A stretch of 64,000 nt of DNA from Promethearchaeati archaeon (GCA_013166775.1 JABLTJ010000008.1:32001-96000), one strand, 5' to 3'; positions 19,693 through 29,719 are shown, counted from the first letter of the stretch. Translations and numbers: made by a program. Notes: generated by a model not told the origin, from the letters alone.

Positions 19693-19726
19693 TGTTTACT
19701 TATATAAAGTTTTATCTTTGTAAACA
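19693..19726 (-). promoter_or_regulatory. Probable TATA box (TTTATATA, 19708-19701) of the kor-hdr operon, flanked by inverted repeat TGTTTAC-N20-GTAAACA
   Basis: About 45 nt upstream of the korD ATG; purine-rich BRE-like bases upstream; 7-bp arms at 19693-19699 and 19720-19726. Confidence 0.5.
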
Positions 19727-19889
19727 ATTATAATATTAAGTGTTTTCTAAAAATAAAGGAAATCGAATTTTACTTAGATTTCATCTATTTTTTGTAGACA
19801 ATTGCTAAATTTGAACGATTTTTTATGATTTTTTTTCTGAACCTTTTTCCCCTGAAGAAAAATTAAAAAGAAAGAACGAAATATAATAG

Positions 19890-20540
19890 TTGTTAAGTAT
19901 GTTAACCAGAGATTTAAGTGTGACAGTTCTTGGGAATACTGGTGTTGGAAAATCAACTCTTATTCGCCGTTTAAAGGGAGAAAAAATAGAGGATATCAGC
20001 CCTACTACTAGCATTGAGGTTCATCAAAAATCAATACGATTAAAAAGTCAATCTTACAAATCTGCATTTAGTATAGAAAAATACCGAAATTATAGAGTTA
20101 GAGCTATTGATTGTCCTGGTGATATGAGTCTATGGCCTTACTGGAAAAAAGCTCTAGCTGATTACAATACAAATGGAATAATTTTTATGATTGATCCAAC
20201 ACAAGACGCAAAAGTACAAATCGACGCTTTAACTCAAGTATCAAACTATTTTCTTATGACTTTGGATGACGATGTAGTGAGAGCCGAAAGAAAAGCACGA
20301 AAAGTCAAAGCAATATTCTTTCTAGTTGTCAATAAAGTGGATCTCTTGGAACATAGTAAAGGAAAAGCAGATCAAATTCTTCGCGAACACTATCAAAATG
20401 CTTGGAATCATCTTAAAGAAAGATATCCAAATAGTGGGCACTATTGGGAAGCTATCTCTGCTATTGATGAATCGGAAAAAATGGATGAATCGATTGATGG
20501 TGTTTTTGAAACCATAAAAAGAGAGATTTATGGAGATTAA
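19890..20540 (+). CDS. Small Ras-superfamily (Arf-like) GTPase; ATG probably at 19899
   Basis: G1 GNTGVGKS, G2 PT, G3 DCPG, G4 NKVD, G5 SA. Confidence 0.85.
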   Translation: MLSMLTRDLSVTVLGNTGVGKSTLIRRLKGEKIEDISPTTSIEVHQKSIRLKSQSYKSAFSIEKYRNYRVRAIDCPGDMSLWPYWKKALADYNTNGIIFMIDPTQDAKVQIDALTQVSNYFLMTLDDDVVRAERKARKVKAIFFLVVNKVDLLEHSKGKADQILREHYQNAWNHLKERYPNSGHYWEAISAIDESEKMDESIDGVFETIKREIYGD

Positions 20541-20606
20541 TTTTTCAATTTTTCATTCAATAGAAAAACTTAATTTATTTTTATCTCAACCACTGCTAGT
20601 GGTTTT

Positions 20607-21524
20607 ATGAGTAACAATCCAGAAGAACCTGAAGAAGAGCTTCAAGAAGAACCTGAAGAAGAGCTTCAAGAAGAACCTGAAGAAGAGCTTCAAGAAGAAC
20701 CTGAAGAAGAATCTCAAGAAGAGCCTCAAGAAGAGCTTCAAGAAGAGCCTCAAGAAGAATCTCAAGAAGAGCCTCAAGAAGAATCTCAAGAAGAATCTCA
20801 AGAAGAATCTCAAGAAGAATCTCAAGAAGAATCTCAAGAAGAATCTCAAGAAGAATCTGAGGTAGAAACAAAGAAAGAAAAGAAAAAATATGTTCACAAC
20901 TGCACAAAGTGTGGTTCTTGTTGTGAAAAATGGCAAGAAATTCCCATCTACATAGAAGATATGCAAAGATGGCTTATCGATGGTAGCATTCAATATATAT
21001 TACCATTTCTTCAAGTTAGAATTTCTCCTCCAGCTTATGTCCGTCTAGTTCTGCAAAAACCTTCAGTTGAAGGAGAAGATCCAAATCCCTCCGGATGCCC
21101 TCTCTATGACTTTGAGAACAAGATATGTAACTTGTACTCTTCTATGCCTTTACACTGTGCCTCATATCCCCTAGCTTTTAATGGAGAAAATTTCTATCTT
21201 GTTGATTCGGAATCTCCTGGGTTGGGAAACGAAACAATGACAGCTGAATCTCTAGAATCAGCTAGAAATGTAGCTAAAGAACACTTTTCAGCTCTCTCAT
21301 CATCGAGTGCTCTCTTACCTGTGCTTTACAATATTATCTTGATGAACATAATGCAACAGAGTCAAGAAGCTATGAAAGCTCTATCAGATGAAGATAAAGA
21401 ACAGTTAGAAAAACTTCTTTCGAAATCAAATGAGGATACTGAAGAAATTACTGAAGAAATTACTGAAGAAATTACTGAAGAAATTACTGAAGACGATGCT
21501 GCTCCAAGTTCAGATGAAGAATAG
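20607..21524 (+). CDS. YkgJ-like CxxCxxCC cysteine-cluster protein with acidic low-complexity termini
   Basis: CTKCGSCC, CPLY, CNLYSSMPLHCASYP. Confidence 0.8.
   Translation: MSNNPEEPEEELQEEPEEELQEEPEEELQEEPEEESQEEPQEELQEEPQEESQEEPQEESQEESQEESQEESQEESQEESQEESEVETKKEKKKYVHNCTKCGSCCEKWQEIPIYIEDMQRWLIDGSIQYILPFLQVRISPPAYVRLVLQKPSVEGEDPNPSGCPLYDFENKICNLYSSMPLHCASYPLAFNGENFYLVDSESPGLGNETMTAESLESARNVAKEHFSALSSSSALLPVLYNIILMNIMQQSQEAMKALSDEDKEQLEKLLSKSNEDTEEITEEITEEITEEITEDDAAPSSDEE
20619..20858 (+). repeat. Coding tandem repeat of about 20 x 12 nt (consensus GAAGAATCTCAA; EE[S/P/L][Q/E])
   Basis: Directly visible; 24-nt higher-order units at the 5' end, pure 12-mers at the 3' end. Confidence 0.95.
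21438..21491 (+). repeat. Coding tandem repeat, 4.5 x ACTGAAGAAATT (TEEI)
   Basis: Directly visible. Confidence 0.95.
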
Positions 21525-21531
21525 TCTAATT

Positions 21532-22212
21532 TTATTCCTCATCATCTTGACAGTACATCGCGCCTGATTCCATTAGATGACCATCTTTAGCTTTAGTATC
21601 TAAGTATTTTTTATTGTATACATTCGGTGTGATTGCAACAGGGATTCTATCTGTAACATTAACTCCACTTTCACAAAGTCCTGCAACTTTAGTTGGGTTG
21701 TTGGTTATCAATTTTAGAGATTTAACTTTCAAAGATTTTAGAATATCTACTGCAACCAAATAAGACCTCTCATCAGCTTTGAAGCCCAGCAATTCATTTG
21801 CTTCATTTGTATCATACCCCATCTCTTGCAGAGAATAAGCTTTTAGCTTGTTAAACAACCCTATTCCTCTACCTTCTTGTCTTAGATAAATTAAAATTCC
21901 ATCATCTTCTTTTGATAGAATATTTAATGCATATTCCAATTGTTCTCTGCAGTCACATCTCAAAGATGTAAAAACATCACCTGTTAGGCACTCAGAATGA
22001 ATTCTAACTGGTATGTTTTCTTTATTAAATGGGCTCCCTCGATAAATAACGGTATGTTCTTTCATATCCCTTAGGCTAAGAACACCAATAATTTTAAATT
22101 CACCAAATCGTGTTGGTAATTCGGCAAGGGATCCAAAATGTATTAATTCTGTATCCTCTAAACCCAATTCGATGATTTTAGTCCGTACCTTTTTCTCAAC
22201 GTCTTCTGTCAA
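21532..22212 (-). CDS. ribA: GTP cyclohydrolase II
   Basis: RIHSECLTGD, RCDC, QEGRGIG, DERSY, TNNP. Confidence 0.95.
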   Translation of the reverse strand: MTEDVEKKVRTKIIELGLEDTELIHFGSLAELPTRFGEFKIIGVLSLRDMKEHTVIYRGSPFNKENIPVRIHSECLTGDVFTSLRCDCREQLEYALNILSKEDDGILIYLRQEGRGIGLFNKLKAYSLQEMGYDTNEANELLGFKADERSYLVAVDILKSLKVKSLKLITNNPTKVAGLCESGVNVTDRIPVAITPNVYNKKYLDTKAKDGHLMESGAMYCQDDEE

Positions 22213-22268
22213 AGCAGTTCCTCTCTCAACTGAATAATGTTTTTAGCTTTTTTAATCTTAAGTTCTAA

Positions 22269-22571
22269 CTAATAAGTTATTTTGAAGTTGGGTAGATCTT
22301 CCTTTGAATCTTCCCACTTTACATCTGTATTGTAAACTTTAGCAGAAGGAGGTCCTACTCTTGCAAAAGAAATCAGTTTAGTCAAATCCTCTTCCTCACC
22401 TTCCGCAACAATTTCTACTGAACCATCTCTCACATTTCTGACTGTCCCTTTTAAACCAAGTTTTTGAGCGAAATCACGAGTATTAGCTCTGAAAAAAACA
22501 CCTTGAACCATTCCATATACTTGAATTGTCACTCGTTTTTTATTATTTGTCATTTCCATCACTTCTTCCAA
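22269..22571 (-). CDS. acyP: Acylphosphatase (start may be 22559 or 22553)
   Basis: GMVQGVFFR, GTVRN..DGSVE, GPPSAKV. Confidence 0.95.
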   Translation of the reverse strand: MEEVMEMTNNKKRVTIQVYGMVQGVFFRANTRDFAQKLGLKGTVRNVRDGSVEIVAEGEEEDLTKLISFARVGPPSAKVYNTDVKWEDSKEDLPNFKITY

Positions 22572-23340
22572 CTTTCTGAATAATCTTATCTACAAATTCT
22601 GGTAAAGTTTTTTCACACGGACCATAAATAGAATAATCACTTAAATCAGATATAGGTGTTTTTTCTATATTGAATTCTATAATAACGGATTCGTTACGTT
22701 TTGCTAGATAAGGTAAAGAAGCAACGGGATGCACTATTCCTGAAGTTCCGATAATTAACAAGATTTGTGCTTGCAAAGTCCAATCGAGAGCTATGCTCCA
22801 ATTATTGCTTTCTAAAGTCTCCCCAAACCAAACAACATCAGGTCTAAGCAAATTTTCCTTGCATTCAGAACATAAAGGTGGTTCCATATCTTTTTGAGCT
22901 AATTCTAGCTTATCCCATCTTTCAATGTGTGAACAAGAGGTGCATCTGGCATATCTTATTCTCCCGTGAATTTCTACATAGTTTTTAATACCTGCAATTT
23001 CATGTAGACCGTCAACATTCTGAGTGATGACTCCAGTAGCAAGATTAGCTTTCTCTAGTTTTTTTAGAGCAATATGGGCAGGATTTGGTTTAGCATTCAG
23101 TAAAATTCTCATTCTAGCTCTATACCATTCCCAGACTAGTTTAGGATCTCTAGCAAAAGCATAGGGTGTTGCTAAATCTTCTGCTCTATATTGATTCCAT
23201 AATCCATCTTCACCACGAAAGGTTGGCATACCAGAAGCTTTGGAAATACCAGCTCCTATTACTGAAACTATACTATGATCTACTAATTCGAGTTTTTCAA
23301 CAACGGAATCAATATTCATATCCTCAATAATATCTCCCAT
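22543..23340 (-). CDS. cobB: NAD-dependent protein deacylase (class III sirtuin)
   Basis: GAGIS..SG.PTFRG, WY..R, TQNVDGLH, HG, Zn cysteines, RPDVVWFGE, GTS. Confidence 0.95.
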   Translation of the reverse strand: MGDIIEDMNIDSVVEKLELVDHSIVSVIGAGISKASGMPTFRGEDGLWNQYRAEDLATPYAFARDPKLVWEWYRARMRILLNAKPNPAHIALKKLEKANLATGVITQNVDGLHEIAGIKNYVEIHGRIRYARCTSCSHIERWDKLELAQKDMEPPLCSECKENLLRPDVVWFGETLESNNWSIALDWTLQAQILLIIGTSGIVHPVASLPYLAKRNESVIIEFNIEKTPISDLSDYSIYGPCEKTLPEFVDKIIQKVGRSDGNDK

Positions 23341-23397
23341 AAATAAAAATGTATAGTGAAAAGATAAAATGAGATTACTATCGTATCTTTGATGATT

Positions 23398-24501
23398 TTA
23401 GATATTAAATTTACGTTTCTTTCCTGTAATCTCTTGATATAGTTTGTCGATACTATTAGCATACTCAGGATACCTAGTATATGCAATTTGGAATGCCATA
23501 TCTAATTCGGATTCTTCTAGATTAGCAAATTGCTGTTTTGGATTTGTTGTTAAAGCATAATACTGTGAGATTATACTTGTGCCTGAATATCTGATGATTT
23601 TTACAACTTCTTCCTCTAATTTTCTGACTACTGCATCTATTATATCTTTGTGAGCATATCCTCCGCCTTCTGCGTCAGCTTGTATTCTTTGTATAATCTT
23701 CTTAGAGAAATCACTCTCTTCTCCTCCTTTTGCTGAACCAACCGTCAAATCACAAATAACATTTGCAGGATAATTTGATAGAAGTTCCGGAGTTGCGAAT
23801 AAAACATCGAACTGATCAGGTGAAACATATTCAGGTGGGAATAGTGATACTAGTAATTCTCTTCTAGGTTGAAATGATTGGAGAGAAGATAGAAATGGTT
23901 TAACCATCTCTTTTGAGCACATTACTATTACTGGTTTTCCATTTAGTAATGCATGAACTACTCTATCCTGTCCTTTGATGATTAGTCTCATAAAGAAATA
24001 AGGGGACGCGGCAGATCTTACTATTTCTATTGTCTGAACACCAGCTGCAAGATCCTGTTTACTTTCTAATATAGAATTGAGATTTGTTGCCCAATTGAAT
24101 ACTCTAGTCTTTAGTGATTCATCCATTTGATAGCCTGGCTCATACAAAAGAAGACCTGATATTTGTTTTGCTGTGTTTGAACTGTGATAATTGAAAACTG
24201 GCACTTTTGTGTATAATTGTGATTGTAATTCTTCTGGGATAATAAAGGTAAGACAAGCCATTGTTATGGGAGATCTCTTGCTTTTGCAAGGAACACCAAA
24301 GAAGAAAGAGTAAGAAACTCCACCTATGTCATGAAGTGGCATAACTGCACTCGCTTCTCTTAAAATATCAGTAGCTGCAGCTCCCATAAGCATACGAATA
24401 GATATCTTCTGAGATTCTTCTTCAGATAGATTATCAAAGTATATTGCTTTTGTTCCAACTGTATCATCAAATACGCTAAAACAAACTTTGTTTACCATCA
24501 A
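23398..24501 (-). CDS. Putative DENN-like protein (uDENN/longin N-terminus plus cDENN-like core)
   Basis: N-terminal CFSVFDDTVGTK resembles the uDENN FD..xGP strand; VVHALLNGKPVIVMC resembles the first cDENN helix-strand. Confidence 0.5.
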   Translation of the reverse strand: MMVNKVCFSVFDDTVGTKAIYFDNLSEEESQKISIRMLMGAAATDILREASAVMPLHDIGGVSYSFFFGVPCKSKRSPITMACLTFIIPEELQSQLYTKVPVFNYHSSNTAKQISGLLLYEPGYQMDESLKTRVFNWATNLNSILESKQDLAAGVQTIEIVRSAASPYFFMRLIIKGQDRVVHALLNGKPVIVMCSKEMVKPFLSSLQSFQPRRELLVSLFPPEYVSPDQFDVLFATPELLSNYPANVICDLTVGSAKGGEESDFSKKIIQRIQADAEGGGYAHKDIIDAVVRKLEEEVVKIIRYSGTSIISQYYALTTNPKQQFANLEESELDMAFQIAYTRYPEYANSIDKLYQEITGKKRKFNI

Positions 24502-24661
24502 TCTTTATTGGCGTTAAGTTTCTATTAAATGTATTGTTGAGGGAAATCAAGAATTGAGTAGTTGGCGTTTAAGAACCTTAAAATCTTGAATGTAGAACAA
24601 GAAGAAACATATTGTTTTTAAAGGCTATTTACATAGATAAAATACCTATCCGGTGATATGA

Positions 24662-24991
24662 GTGGTAGAAAATGGAGAAATTCAAAAAGAACTAACTGAA
24701 CGGTTAGGTAGAACAAAACGACTAATTCTCATAGAGCTTTCGAAGGGAGCTGCCGGATATAAGAAACTTTCAAAGAAGCTGAAAATCGGTTTAGACACAA
24801 TACGTTCTCATGTTAAAACAGGTAAGCATTCAAAATCACTAACGCAACTCGGTCTGATAAAACAAGAGGAAAGGGGATGGTCTGTAACTGATTTAGGTTT
24901 TGATGTATTGGAATTATTGAAGAGAGATCCAGAATTTGCTCCCTTCTTTGTCGTTGACCCAACTTTAAAAGAAAAAGAACTTGATTCCTAA
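24662..24991 (+). CDS. Winged helix-turn-helix protein (putative regulator)
   Basis: LILIEL..G.YKKLSKKLKIGLDTIRSHV...LGLI..GWSVTDLG wHTH pattern. Confidence 0.75.
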   Translation: MVENGEIQKELTERLGRTKRLILIELSKGAAGYKKLSKKLKIGLDTIRSHVKTGKHSKSLTQLGLIKQEERGWSVTDLGFDVLELLKRDPEFAPFFVVDPTLKEKELDS

Positions 24992-25037
24992 GAATCGATT
25001 TTTCTTCTTTTTTTTCTCTTTTTAAAGAAAGGGAACC

Positions 25038-26666
25038 TCAATAACACTCTAAAGCTTTTTCCAAAAACTTGATTGTCTTTTCTTTACTAAGTGCATCTAT
25101 CAAGGTTCCTGCTCTTGGACCAAATTTCTTGCTAAGAACGGATACATATAATGCTCTAAAGAAGTTTGCAGTTTTGATTTCTTTTTCTTTAGCTATCTTA
25201 TACAAGTATTGAGTAATATCATCACCATGAAGATTATCTGGAAGTTCTTTGATAGCAGCAAGTAGGTTTTCATAAATTCCTTGTTCTAACTGATTAACCA
25301 TATCACAATCTGTCTTTTCTGAGATGCTGAATTTAAAATTGTCATTTGCATAGTTATCTAGCCAATATTTTGTTCGAGTAAAATTTTGTTCAAATGTTAC
25401 TTCAAGTTGTTTGGAGTCTTCTATTGAGGATCGTTCAACCATTTTCTGAAATGTTTTGTCTCTGTCGAACATGAAGACTTGCATCAGTGTAGCTAGATGT
25501 CCTATTTCTATAGGTAGTTGATTTGAAACAGAGTCTTTATCGATTAGTGCAAGTTCAAAAGCTTTCCAAGTTTTTTCCTTTGACTTCTGATGATCTACGC
25601 CTTCACCATAGATATACACTTCTCTTGCTTTAGAAAATTCTGAAGCAATTTTCGGGAGATCATTTTTGACATCAAAATCAAAATCTGTTCTCAGATTATG
25701 CCTATAAATTAAATATAGGAAAATCTCTGGATCAAGCATCTTATGGAACTCAGAGACAGGTACTCCGCTTCCTACACTTCCACTTGCTTTTTTTCCACCA
25801 ACTGTAAGAAAACCATGTTGAATCAATAATGGGAGCTTTGTTTTTCCAAAGATTTTTTCATGAAATGCAAGGGATGTATCAATTGATCCTCCTGCGGCAC
25901 CGTGGTCTTTACCTGAAGATTCAACTGAAACACCAAAGAAATCTTGTCTAGCTGCCCAGTCCAATCTCCATTTGAGCTTCCAAGTAGTGTCACCTAACAT
26001 TATCTTTCCTTGAAAACCACACCCATTTTTCTCCTTTTGACAGAGAATTTCCATTCTGATTTTACTGTTTTCTATTTCTGCACTCAATGTTTTTGGAGCA
26101 TCTATATTCTTACATTTTGGACATTGAATCATGAAGAAATCTTCCATTCTAGATCCTGTGATTCGCTCTGTTATCTCATAAACTTCCTCCTTTTTTTCTA
26201 TGAAGAGTTTTGCATATTTGTCATAATCTCCCTTTTTGTAGTATTCTGATATAATTGTTGGTTCAGGATTGACATCGAAATTATGCATGATATTAAGAGC
26301 ATCGTCGATAAAGTGCCCCGCGTAAGAATCATGGCATCCTAGCGGATCTGGTACTTCATTAATAGGATATCCTAAATATGGTTCTAATTCTTTTTCGAAT
26401 TTCTTAAAGAATGAAGGGATTCTATCAAATGGATCTTGATCATCAATATTAATTATAAATCTGGGATTTGTGCCTAGATTATCTAATTCTCTTGCAATGG
26501 CTCTGCATGTTACACCCTCTCTGAAATTTCCAAGATGATAATATCCACTAGGAGACCACCCTGTACAAACAGTTTGTTTTTGACCAAAAAGCTCTATTGC
26601 TTTTTCACTAATTACTGTTGCCCAGTGTTTAAAGGTCATATCTTCTGCTTCTTCTTGCTCTGACAT
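25038..26666 (-). CDS. lysS: Lysine--tRNA ligase, class I; likely start MSEQEE at 26666
   Basis: HWA, SPSGYYHLGN, PDP.GCH.SY, KLKWRLDWAAR, GKDH, KASGS, GPR. Confidence 0.92.
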   Translation of the reverse strand: MSEQEEAEDMTFKHWATVISEKAIELFGQKQTVCTGWSPSGYYHLGNFREGVTCRAIARELDNLGTNPRFIINIDDQDPFDRIPSFFKKFEKELEPYLGYPINEVPDPLGCHDSYAGHFIDDALNIMHNFDVNPEPTIISEYYKKGDYDKYAKLFIEKKEEVYEITERITGSRMEDFFMIQCPKCKNIDAPKTLSAEIENSKIRMEILCQKEKNGCGFQGKIMLGDTTWKLKWRLDWAARQDFFGVSVESSGKDHGAAGGSIDTSLAFHEKIFGKTKLPLLIQHGFLTVGGKKASGSVGSGVPVSEFHKMLDPEIFLYLIYRHNLRTDFDFDVKNDLPKIASEFSKAREVYIYGEGVDHQKSKEKTWKAFELALIDKDSVSNQLPIEIGHLATLMQVFMFDRDKTFQKMVERSSIEDSKQLEVTFEQNFTRTKYWLDNYANDNFKFSISEKTDCDMVNQLEQGIYENLLAAIKELPDNLHGDDITQYLYKIAKEKEIKTANFFRALYVSVLSKKFGPRAGTLIDALSKEKTIKFLEKALECY

Positions 26667-26728
26667 AATTGAAAGACATTTGATCAAAGTAACTTAAAAA
26701 TTGTGGTTTCCGAGCTAAAAATATGGAA

Positions 26729-28081
26729 TCAAATTTTCCGATATAGTTTTTCCATCTCATCTCGCCATTCAAGAAAATTATTAGGAGATTTTGGATAATT
26801 TTTACAGAGTATATTAGTTTTTTTGCTAATATCAATAGCTTTTTTCATTAGTAGTAATAAGTTGTATCTTGGAAAACATCGCAAAGCTATTCCTAGATAT
26901 GAGAAAATGGAGCGTTTTTTCAGTATACCTTCTGAGGTTAGATCTTCTTGCTTTACAACTTTTCTTTTGAGTAAAAATTCCAATTTCTTAGGACCTAGTT
27001 TATTAAGGGCTATTGTTAATATTCTCCTTCTAACATGTTTTGAGCCAAAATCTGAGAAAATGAGTTCATTATATTTCCAGAGATCCTTTGTTTCAAATCT
27101 TTTATTTACTATTGCTTCTTTTGCAATTTCACCCGCAAAACAACCTGCAATCAGAGCAGGACCATGTCCTTCTGCTGTTAAAGGATCTGGGTGATATGCA
27201 GCATCACCTGCAATAATTAGACCAGGAGCGACTGAATTCCATAGAGGAGGTCTAATTGGTACACATCCACCTCTACCATCTATTGTATCATACGTACCTT
27301 TTGGATAATATTTCTCCATAGCTTTGAAATATACTGATTTTACTCCTTTATCTAAGTTCTTTTCTTCTTTGATAAAACCCGTTCCACAATTTACTTTTCT
27401 ATCACCATCGGCAAAAAACCAAATGTAACCTGGTTCTGGTATATCCTCTTCATATTGAAGAACAATCTTTCCTTTCAAATCATGTTCCTTGTCCAGCTTA
27501 ATGATCTCTCTGTAACAAGATGCATAATCAGCTTTTGTTAATTCTTTATCTAATAAAGGCTCAAAATCCTTCGGAAGATTAGTTCTAATTGCTGCAAGAA
27601 CACCACTGCAATCAATAACCATTGAAGAAAGTAATTCTTTTTCCTCATTTTTACTGCTTCTTACAATGACTCCACTAACTTTGTTTTTTTGGATTATTGG
27701 TTTGAGTGCTTTGGTTTCAGAAAACAACTTAACTCCACTCTGGAGTGCATCTTTCAATAACCTCTGTCCATATAAATGACGATTAATCATATATCCTACA
27801 GCAGGAAGAGTTATGTGATCAATTGGAAGCAATGTCCTTAGAGCTAGAACTTCTATATTTGCATTAATTTCATTTTCTAGTGGAGGTTCAACATTTACTT
27901 TTTCAGAGAATCGATGTGAGGTTTTTTTTGATATTGCTTCACCACAGACTTTTTCACCAATATCTTCCCTTTTCTTTTTGTCAATCAGAAGTACATTCAA
28001 ACCTTCTCTCCTGCAACTAAGAGCTGAGCTAACACCTGCAGGTCCCGCACCTATAACAATCACATCGAAAGTCTCTGTCAT
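26729..28081 (-). CDS. Geranylgeranyl reductase family FAD-dependent oxidoreductase; likely start MTETFDV at 28081
   Basis: GAGPAG, KVCGEAI, PGYIWFF, GDAA..DPLTAEG. Confidence 0.85.
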   Translation of the reverse strand: MTETFDVIVIGAGPAGVSSALSCRREGLNVLLIDKKKREDIGEKVCGEAISKKTSHRFSEKVNVEPPLENEINANIEVLALRTLLPIDHITLPAVGYMINRHLYGQRLLKDALQSGVKLFSETKALKPIIQKNKVSGVIVRSSKNEEKELLSSMVIDCSGVLAAIRTNLPKDFEPLLDKELTKADYASCYREIIKLDKEHDLKGKIVLQYEEDIPEPGYIWFFADGDRKVNCGTGFIKEEKNLDKGVKSVYFKAMEKYYPKGTYDTIDGRGGCVPIRPPLWNSVAPGLIIAGDAAYHPDPLTAEGHGPALIAGCFAGEIAKEAIVNKRFETKDLWKYNELIFSDFGSKHVRRRILTIALNKLGPKKLEFLLKRKVVKQEDLTSEGILKKRSIFSYLGIALRCFPRYNLLLLMKKAIDISKKTNILCKNYPKSPNNFLEWRDEMEKLYRKI

Positions 28082-28141
28082 CAAGTTATTAGGATATAAC
28101 TCCAATATAAATTTAATGAGATACAACAATGAGAAATCTCA

Positions 28142-29719
28142 TCAGAATAGGAGATCAAAGTTGTATGCTAATAATTCTCTTTCAACATTAGTCTCTTTTT
28201 CAAGAATTTCTACTTCAGTCTTTTCTCCTAATTGCACAGAAAATATCTCAAACAATGGTTGAGTATCTCCAGACACTGTTAATATCACAGTAATATCTTG
28301 ATTTCTTTCTGGAGGATTTGTAACCCATGTTAGAGATTTTTGATTCTCATCTCTTATCTCTTCCATAATTTGAGCTTCAGCTGGTTCGGTGTTTACTAAT
28401 ACATGATTTGCTGGGATTCTATCTGAAAAGGAAACCATATCCTCTAGATGTTCCAGAGCTCTGATAACATAAACAATCTTATATCCAGATCCTCTCGTTG
28501 AAGGTTGAAGAATTTTCAAGCATTTCATAATATCTCTATTTTCTTTATCTTTTACTAGTTTTTTACCTCGATATAGATATGGGAAGTAATCCAAGTGATA
28601 AGATTTCTCGATTAATTCTTTTGGTTTTACAGAAGTATGTTTCCACCTTACAGTAATTCCTTTCATTTTTGCTCTCTCAATGATGCCTTGCGGAGCAATT
28701 GCTTCAGGGATAGTACGTAGAATATTGAATTCAGGTGGAATAGTATCCGCAATATATAGCTCTTTAATTTGATCTTCATGAGAATTTACATATTTGGTGT
28801 ATGCTCTATATTCCAAATCTGATGGATTAATATTTTCGAAAGTTTTTAGTACAGTAATGTCATTCTCTGTAAATTCTAATATTATTCTGTTTATTCTTCG
28901 CTTAACATAATAAGTAATATTAACTCTCTCTTTGGGACCTAGTTCAGAAAGTTTCCATCTCATGAGTAAAGAGTCTTCACCCTTAGATTGCTCTTTCTTA
29001 GCTTCTTTGTTATCACACTCTACCATTAACACATTGTAGCTGTATGGTATTTGATCAACAACATCAATATCTTTTATGGGTTCATCATATCTGTTTATAA
29101 TAGTTGAAATTATTGAGTAGCTTCCAATAGTATCTCCAACATTGATGTTTTTCTCTATCTCCACGCTCTTCTTCTCATCCCCCAGATTGAATTGATGAAC
29201 TCCTTTAATTCTATTTGGAACTACTACTTGATGTCCATCCAAAACCCTTTGAACTAGTTCATTTATCACCAATTCGTCTTCAGGTAACTGCTGAAGCTTA
29301 ATTAATCTGCCAATTATTACAGTATTTTCATCAATTCCCAGAAGATCAGATAGATGATCAGTTGGTATTTTCAAAGTTTCAAGTATTATTTCCTCTAATT
29401 GCTGTGTAATCATTTCTTCTGATCTAATTAATCGTAATAATAAAGAATAATCACTTCTGATTCCCATATTCTCAAAATACTCTTCAATCCATCTTGCAAC
29501 TCTTGTTTCATGAGGAGCTAGAATTGTTGCCCAAAAATCATATACTGTTCTAACTAGTTCATGAAGATTGATGCATTCTTTTTCATTTATTAAATCCCTT
29601 GTATCATAAAATGATACCAAACCACTCATTGCTGTACTAAAAAGATTAGTATCTGGTTCTATTTCAATGAAATACCTTGATGATCCCCATACTGGTTTTC
29701 TTTCAGCCATTTTACTCAA
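28142..29719 (-). CDS. Hypothetical protein: helical N-terminus plus three tandem DUF11/Ig-like beta-sandwich repeats
   Basis: Three repeats carry D.IP (DQIP, DTIP, DRIP) and a conserved Trp (MRWK, VRWK, LTWV); no signal peptide or TM helix. Confidence 0.6.
   Translation of the reverse strand: MSKMAERKPVWGSSRYFIEIEPDTNLFSTAMSGLVSFYDTRDLINEKECINLHELVRTVYDFWATILAPHETRVARWIEEYFENMGIRSDYSLLLRLIRSEEMITQQLEEIILETLKIPTDHLSDLLGIDENTVIIGRLIKLQQLPEDELVINELVQRVLDGHQVVVPNRIKGVHQFNLGDEKKSVEIEKNINVGDTIGSYSIISTIINRYDEPIKDIDVVDQIPYSYNVLMVECDNKEAKKEQSKGEDSLLMRWKLSELGPKERVNITYYVKRRINRIILEFTENDITVLKTFENINPSDLEYRAYTKYVNSHEDQIKELYIADTIPPEFNILRTIPEAIAPQGIIERAKMKGITVRWKHTSVKPKELIEKSYHLDYFPYLYRGKKLVKDKENRDIMKCLKILQPSTRGSGYKIVYVIRALEHLEDMVSFSDRIPANHVLVNTEPAEAQIMEEIRDENQKSLTWVTNPPERNQDITVILTVSGDTQPLFEIFSVQLGEKTEVEILEKETNVERELLAYNFDLLF

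Noticed and set aside
20586-20993. Minus-strand ORFs with FFLR and LLEI repeats, and a possible CRISPR-like look
   Set aside because: These are antisense shadows of the coding 12-nt repeat; there are no unique spacers and no cas genes
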